Part shown: in pieces, positions 16,814 to 20,595 of the stretch
Numbering within the stretch: position 1 is the stretch's first letter
Layout of the letters: each line of letters begins with the position of its first letter
NCBI GenBank assembly: GCA_035063585.1
Contig: JAPSGB010000061.1
Coordinates: 1-20,595 of the forward strand
Direction: 5' to 3'
DNA length: 20,595 bases
From: Polyangiaceae bacterium
GTDB lineage: Bacteria; Myxococcota_A; Polyangia; Polyangiales; Polyangiaceae
Notes under the pieces: model-generated
Databases searched by the model: none
The model's input: the letters and a program-made list of their open reading frames with translations, nothing else
Told to the model about the DNA's origin: nothing
Translations under genes and position numbers: made by a program

Positions 16814-17734
16814 CTACCTCAAGAGGAACGTCACGGAGACGACGCCGCCGAAGGCGCTCACCGTGTAGTAACCCGACGCGGACAACTTCTGGAGGACGAA
16901 CGTTTCGCGCCCGATGAGATCGTCGGAGGCGACGTCTTCATCCCAGACCGAGACGGTGAACCCGCTCTTCAGCGTCGCGCCGGTGAACGAGGTGGGCGCG
17001 CTCGCAGGACCGATGACGCCGCTTGCCGGGTGGCAGGTGGTCGTGTCGCTGCACGTGCTCGTGCAACCGCCGACGCTGGCGGTGTCATAGAAGCACGCGA
17101 ACGGGTCGGGGAGCCCACCGAAGGCGTCCCACGCGCTGCCGCCGGTGTCGCTCTCGGTGACCTTGATCTCGGTGATTTCGACGGTAAAGGCGGTGAAATC
17201 ATCGGGCTCGTCGGTGCAGGCGCCCGCCGCGCACACCGCGCCCGTCTGACAATACCCGCAGGCCGCTCCGCCAACGCCGCAGGCCGCCCACATCTGCGCG
17301 TCCGGCTGGAAGCACGTATTGCCGACGCAGCAGCCCGAAGGGCAGCTCGCCGGCGAGCACTGGCCGGTGTCGACCACGCAGTGCCCGACCGCGCAGGCGA
17401 AGCCGGGATCGCACGTCGAGCAGGCCTCGCCGAGGCGCCCGCAGGCGCTCGTCGACTGCGCGTCCAGTGGGACGCAGGTGGAGCCCTGACAGCAACCGTC
17501 GCAGGCGCCGCAACCGCTCGCGGCGCTGCCTCCGCTACCACCTGCGCCGCCGCTCACAGCGCCGCCACCGCCGCTCGACGTCCCGCTCGCGCCGCCCCAC
17601 GCGCCGAACCCTCCGCCGCCGTTGGTGCCCGTCTGTCCGGTGCTGTTCCCGCACGCCGCGCTCATCCATCCCGCCAGCGCGAGCGTGAGCGGGGCGAGCG
17701 CGCGCCCCCCACCGAGTCTCCGTCCCGTCATCAT
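16814..17734 (-). CDS. Cys-rich lipoprotein with a C-terminal C2-like domain
   Basis: RBS AGGTGAGG; lipobox SAA-C; Gly linker; two Cys-rich repeats (C..C.GCC.G.TC...ACG..G.AC..C..G..C..G.C). C2-type motifs WDAFGGLPDPF and FTVSVWDEDVASDDLIG. The stop lies 3 nt before the OmpA gene start. Confidence 0.75.
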   Translation of the reverse strand: MMTGRRLGGGRALAPLTLALAGWMSAACGNSTGQTGTNGGGGFGAWGGASGTSSGGGGAVSGGAGGSGGSAASGCGACDGCCQGSTCVPLDAQSTSACGRLGEACSTCDPGFACAVGHCVVDTGQCSPASCPSGCCVGNTCFQPDAQMWAACGVGGAACGYCQTGAVCAAGACTDEPDDFTAFTVEITEIKVTESDTGGSAWDAFGGLPDPFACFYDTASVGGCTSTCSDTTTCHPASGVIGPASAPTSFTGATLKSGFTVSVWDEDVASDDLIGRETFVLQKLSASGYYTVSAFGGVVSVTFLLR

Positions 17735-17786
17735 GCCTCACCTTTCCCGCGCCTCGGACTGCAAGGAGCGTCATGAGCCCGCCCTG

Positions 17787-17802
17787 AGCAAGGCTGGGGC
17801 CA
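17787..17802 (-). promoter_or_regulatory. Sigma54 -24/-12 promoter for the C2-lipoprotein/OmpA operon
   Basis: Minus strand reads TGGCCCCAGCCTTGCT, i.e. GG-N10-GC with TGGC and TTGC. It lies about 50 nt upstream of ATG 17734, next to a divergent sigma54 activator. Confidence 0.75.
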
Positions 17803-17847
17803 AGGGCAATTGCCCGGGAAATCCCGGAAGCCACCACGTCGCGCGGG

Positions 17848-17892
17848 TGTCTGCGGACAGCGAGCAGGGAGGGTCCGAGCGTCCGCGGACAG
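17848..17892. promoter_or_regulatory. Paired palindromes, candidate upstream activator sequences (enhancers)
   Basis: TGTCTGCGGACAG (17848-17860) and CGTCCGCGGACAG (17880-17892), 32 bp apart, roughly 70-115 bp upstream of the inferred sigma54 start site. Confidence 0.55.
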
Positions 17893-17936
17893 TGTTCGGC
17901 TTGACCGCGTCGGCTGGCTGCGGCGACGCTCGGGAC

Positions 17937-19196
17937 GTGTCGACCGAGGACCATCTCGCCCCCGCGCGGACCGCCTCACCGCTTGGCGCGCCTGGGCTCG
18001 CGGTCGTGTTTCCGTCGACCGCTGCGCTCCCGATACCCTCCCGGTCCCTCGCGCTCGATCATGCGCTGCTCGCGAGCGCTGGGGTGCCCGATCGCAAGAT
18101 CTCGCGCCAGCACGCCGAGCTCACGCGGCGCGGCCCGCGCGTCTACCTCACCGACGTCGGCTCGCGGAACGGCACCTGGGTCGACGGCCAGCGGCTCTCC
18201 GCTCACCAACGGGTGACGCTCGAGGACGGCGCCGTGATCCGCGCTGGTTGCACCCTGCTCGTATATCGGGAGCAGCTCGGCGCACGCCCTGAGCCGGAGT
18301 GGCCCGATGAGCTCGCGACCACCTTTGGGCTCACGGCGGTCGCGAGGGACGTCGAGGCGCTCGCGATTCGTCCCGAACCCGCTGTGCTGATACGGGGGGA
18401 GACGGGCACCGGCAAAGAGGCGCTGTCCCGCCTGGTCGCCGCGCGCCTGCGTCCTGGGCGACCGGTGGTCGCGGTCAACGTCGCGGGGATCCCTGACGGT
18501 GTCTTCGAGGCTCAGCTCTTCGGACACGAGCGCGGCGCCTTCACCGGCGCGGGTCAAAGCGCCGTCGGGGTGCTCGAGGCCCATGACGGAGGAAGCGTGA
18601 TCCTCGACGAGCTCGGCGAGCTGCCGCTCGCGCTGCAGGCAAAGCTCCTCCGGACCATCGAGAACCGAGAGGTCCAGCCGATCGGCGCGCAGCGCCCGCG
18701 AGCGGTCGACGTGCTGCTCATCGCGGCGACCCAGCGCGAGCTCGACGCCGAGGTCGAAGCGGGCCGCTTCCGCGCCGATCTCCTGGCGCGCTTTCCGGCG
18801 CGCCTCGAGCTCCCGCCGCTGCGCGAGCGGCGCGAGGACGTCTTCGCGGTGGTTCAGCGGCTCGCAGCCGGGCGCGGCGAACACTACGACCCCGATCAGG
18901 TGGACGTCGAGGCGATCGAACGGCTGATGCTCGAGCCGTGGCCGACCAACGTGCGCGGGCTGTACCTCGCCTTGCAGAGCGTGGCGCGTCTGACGCCGCC
19001 GCCCCAGCTGCGCCTCGCCGACGTCGAGCGCGTGCTCGGGCCGCCCACGCTGCGACCACCGCTCTCACGCCAGACGGCGCTCGAGGCGATCGCCGCGCAA
19101 GGCTCGAAGTCGGCCGCCGCCCGCGCGCTCGGCGTCAGCCGCAGCGCGCTCTATCGAGCGCTCGAGGCGCCCTCGTCGCGTGACGAGCCTCACTGA
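17937..19196 (+). CDS. FHA-domain sigma54-dependent enhancer-binding protein (FHA-AAA+-HTH)
   Basis: FHA motifs ISRQHA and DVGSRNGTWVDG. Walker A GETGTGKE, LFGHERGAFTGA, Walker B ILDELGE, LQAKLLR, FRADLLAR, WPTNVRGL, Fis-type HTH SAAARALGVSRSALYR. Start GTG 17937 is inferred. Confidence 0.92.
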   Translation: MSTEDHLAPARTASPLGAPGLAVVFPSTAALPIPSRSLALDHALLASAGVPDRKISRQHAELTRRGPRVYLTDVGSRNGTWVDGQRLSAHQRVTLEDGAVIRAGCTLLVYREQLGARPEPEWPDELATTFGLTAVARDVEALAIRPEPAVLIRGETGTGKEALSRLVAARLRPGRPVVAVNVAGIPDGVFEAQLFGHERGAFTGAGQSAVGVLEAHDGGSVILDELGELPLALQAKLLRTIENREVQPIGAQRPRAVDVLLIAATQRELDAEVEAGRFRADLLARFPARLELPPLRERREDVFAVVQRLAAGRGEHYDPDQVDVEAIERLMLEPWPTNVRGLYLALQSVARLTPPPQLRLADVERVLGPPTLRPPLSRQTALEAIAAQGSKSAAARALGVSRSALYRALEAPSSRDEPH

Positions 19197-19438
19197 GCCT
19201 CGGCCGCGCTCACGGGGCTCTCCTCCGCGCGGCCACCGCCCGCGCTGGCGTCGAAGTCCCGGCGGTGACGGAGGCGGCGCGAGCACCTCGGTGAGCTCGG
19301 TCACGAGCGCGCGGCTCCGAGCCGTGACGTCCTGCTTCGGCTCACGGGAGGAGCGCGATGTGAAGACCCGCGGCGCATGCGTAATCGCTGGAACCACGGG
19401 CTCGGCGGGCTTAGCGTCCTCGCCGCGAAGGTTCGAGG

Positions 19439-20500
19439 ATGTCGTTACGCTTCGGTCATTGGGCGCTCGCTTTGGTGACGGCGGCAGCCGGCCCGCTGCT
19501 GACCGGTTGCGGAGCGAGCTCCGAGGCGGGCGGGAGCGCTAATGCGGGCGGGAGCGCTAATGCGGGCGGGAGCGCCAATGCGGGCGGGAGCGCTAATGTG
19601 GGCGGAAGCGCCGGCGCGGGCGGTAACCCGGACAGCGGCGAAGAGCCGGATCCAGGTTTCGACGGTCCGATGGACCTGGGCGGCTGCACCGTGCCGGGCC
19701 CCGGCAAGCTGCCGTCTGCGGCGCTCCCGCAGGTGACGAACCGGGAGCGCGCGTACACCATCGAGCTCGCGCGCTGGAGGATTTCGAATAGCGGCGGGGA
19801 CGCGACCGCGAACACCGACGGGATCAACGCGGCGATCACCTGGGCCAAGGCCGAAGGCTACGGGACGATACGCCTGCCGGCCGGCACCTATCGAGTCGGC
19901 AAGAAGCAGAACGACGCCTACTGGGGAGGCGTCGAGCTCCCGAGCAGCATCCATTTCTCGCTCGACGACGGCGCGACCCTCCAGATGACCGAGAACGACG
20001 CGCCCAACTATTGCGTCATCGAAGTCTCGGGGAGAGCCGACGTCATCATCAGCGGCGGCACCGTCCGAGGCGATCGCGACACGCACCCTCCGGACGACGA
20101 CGAAGGGCACGCCATCTGCGTGTGGGGCGGAGACGCGAGCGAGCGCGTGCTCATCGAAGGCATGAAGCTCACCGGCGCGGCCGGCGACGGGATCCTCATC
20201 AACGGCGGGAAAGACCTCTATTCGAAGGACATCACGGTCCGTCACAACGAGATCTTCGACTGTCGGCGACAGGCAGTCTCGATCGTGGGCGGGGTCGACG
20301 TCGTGGTCGAAGACAACGAGCTCCACGACATGCACGGGGCAAGTCAAGAATTTGGGATCGATATCGAGGGGCCACGCTACACGAACCAGGACATCCTCAT
20401 CCGTCGCAACAAGTTCTATCAGAATCAAGGCGGCGATTACGTAAATAACGACGGAAGGAACGTCTGGCTCATCGACCTGAGCCATCCCCTCATTTCGTAG
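19439..20500 (+). CDS. Right-handed beta-helix repeat lipoprotein (pectate-lyase-3-like N-terminus); C-terminus probably truncated
   Basis: Lipobox LTG-C, AGGSAN repeats, ANTDGINAAI...IRLPAGTYRV, GDGILI, VRHNEIFDCRRQAVSIVGG, VEDNEL, FGIDIEG, IRRNKF. Ends abruptly mid-coil at GRNVWLID-LSHPLIS*. Confidence 0.8.
   Translation: MSLRFGHWALALVTAAAGPLLTGCGASSEAGGSANAGGSANAGGSANAGGSANVGGSAGAGGNPDSGEEPDPGFDGPMDLGGCTVPGPGKLPSAALPQVTNRERAYTIELARWRISNSGGDATANTDGINAAITWAKAEGYGTIRLPAGTYRVGKKQNDAYWGGVELPSSIHFSLDDGATLQMTENDAPNYCVIEVSGRADVIISGGTVRGDRDTHPPDDDEGHAICVWGGDASERVLIEGMKLTGAAGDGILINGGKDLYSKDITVRHNEIFDCRRQAVSIVGGVDVVVEDNELHDMHGASQEFGIDIEGPRYTNQDILIRRNKFYQNQGGDYVNNDGRNVWLIDLSHPLIS
19526..19597 (+). 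repeat. 4 x 18-bp in-frame tandem repeat encoding AGGSAN
   Basis: GCGGGCGGGAGCGCTAAT at 19526, 19544, 19562 (one substitution) and 19580, followed by a degenerate fifth copy. Confidence 0.92.
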
Positions 20501-20501
20501 G

Positions 20502-20594
20502 CTAGATGACACCGTAAACCTCGCGGAAGAACTCATGCTCGCGGATCACTTCGTCGAACGCCGGAAGGAGCAACTCGCGGTCTTCTTCGTGCAT
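20502..20594 (-). CDS. 3' end of an unidentified convergent gene running off the window
   Basis: Minus frame reads MHEEDRELLLPAFDEVIREHEFFREVYGVI*, protein-like with mostly G/C third positions. Too short to assign. Confidence 0.4.
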   Translation of the reverse strand: MHEEDRELLLPAFDEVIREHEFFREVYGVI

Positions 20595-20595
20595 G

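Noticed and set aside
15668..17776. 702-aa plus ORF, and similar long ORFs 224-1582, 6225-7802, 10556-12388, 13448-15007, 19445-20536
   Set aside because: Antisense or off-frame shadows of genes with clear motifs; composition lacks family signatures.
17622..17936. 105-aa N-terminal extension of the sigma54 activator
   Set aside because: Overlaps the divergent gene and the promoter/enhancer region; not domain-like.
19390..19420. ECF sigma promoter (GGAACC...CGTC) upstream of the last beta-helix gene
   Set aside because: Spacing between the elements is too long for the usual ECF consensus.
19526..19612. CRISPR array (also considered for 1827-1934)
   Set aside because: Units are head-to-tail with no unique spacers, are multiples of 3 and lie in frame in linkers; no cas genes.
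1..20595. tRNA, rRNA, prophage or anti-phage defence genes
   Set aside because: No recognisable signatures; intergenic gaps are short and mostly explained by promoters or hairpins.

Overview
A very GC-rich bacterial chromosome segment with about 15 real genes. The gene mix (Gly-rich lipoproteins, a Hanks-type kinase, an FHA-sigma54 activator) suggests a myxobacterium of the Polyangiales/Sorangium type; this is inference. In order: an IS91-like transposase C-terminal remnant; a lipoprotein that appears to fuse a secretin N0/STN-like domain to a PilP-like domain; a beta-helix lipoprotein; a PHB-depolymerase/LpqC-like esterase; an exported HEAT-repeat protein; an AblB/YodP-like double-GNAT protein; a DHH phosphoesterase with permuted motif order; an exported SH3-like protein; purC; a membrane Ser/Thr kinase; a large Cys-rich FG-GAP lipoprotein interrupted by one in-frame TGA at a probable Cys position; a sigma54-driven two-gene operon (C2-like lipoprotein plus a 'reversed' OmpA protein) divergent from an FHA-AAA+ activator, with a readable -24/-12 promoter and paired enhancer-like palindromes; and a second beta-helix lipoprotein that looks truncated at a junction near the right edge. 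Several genes show an extended -10 element 7-9 nt before the start codon, suggesting leaderless transcription. All family calls come from motif recognition by eye; no searches were run.
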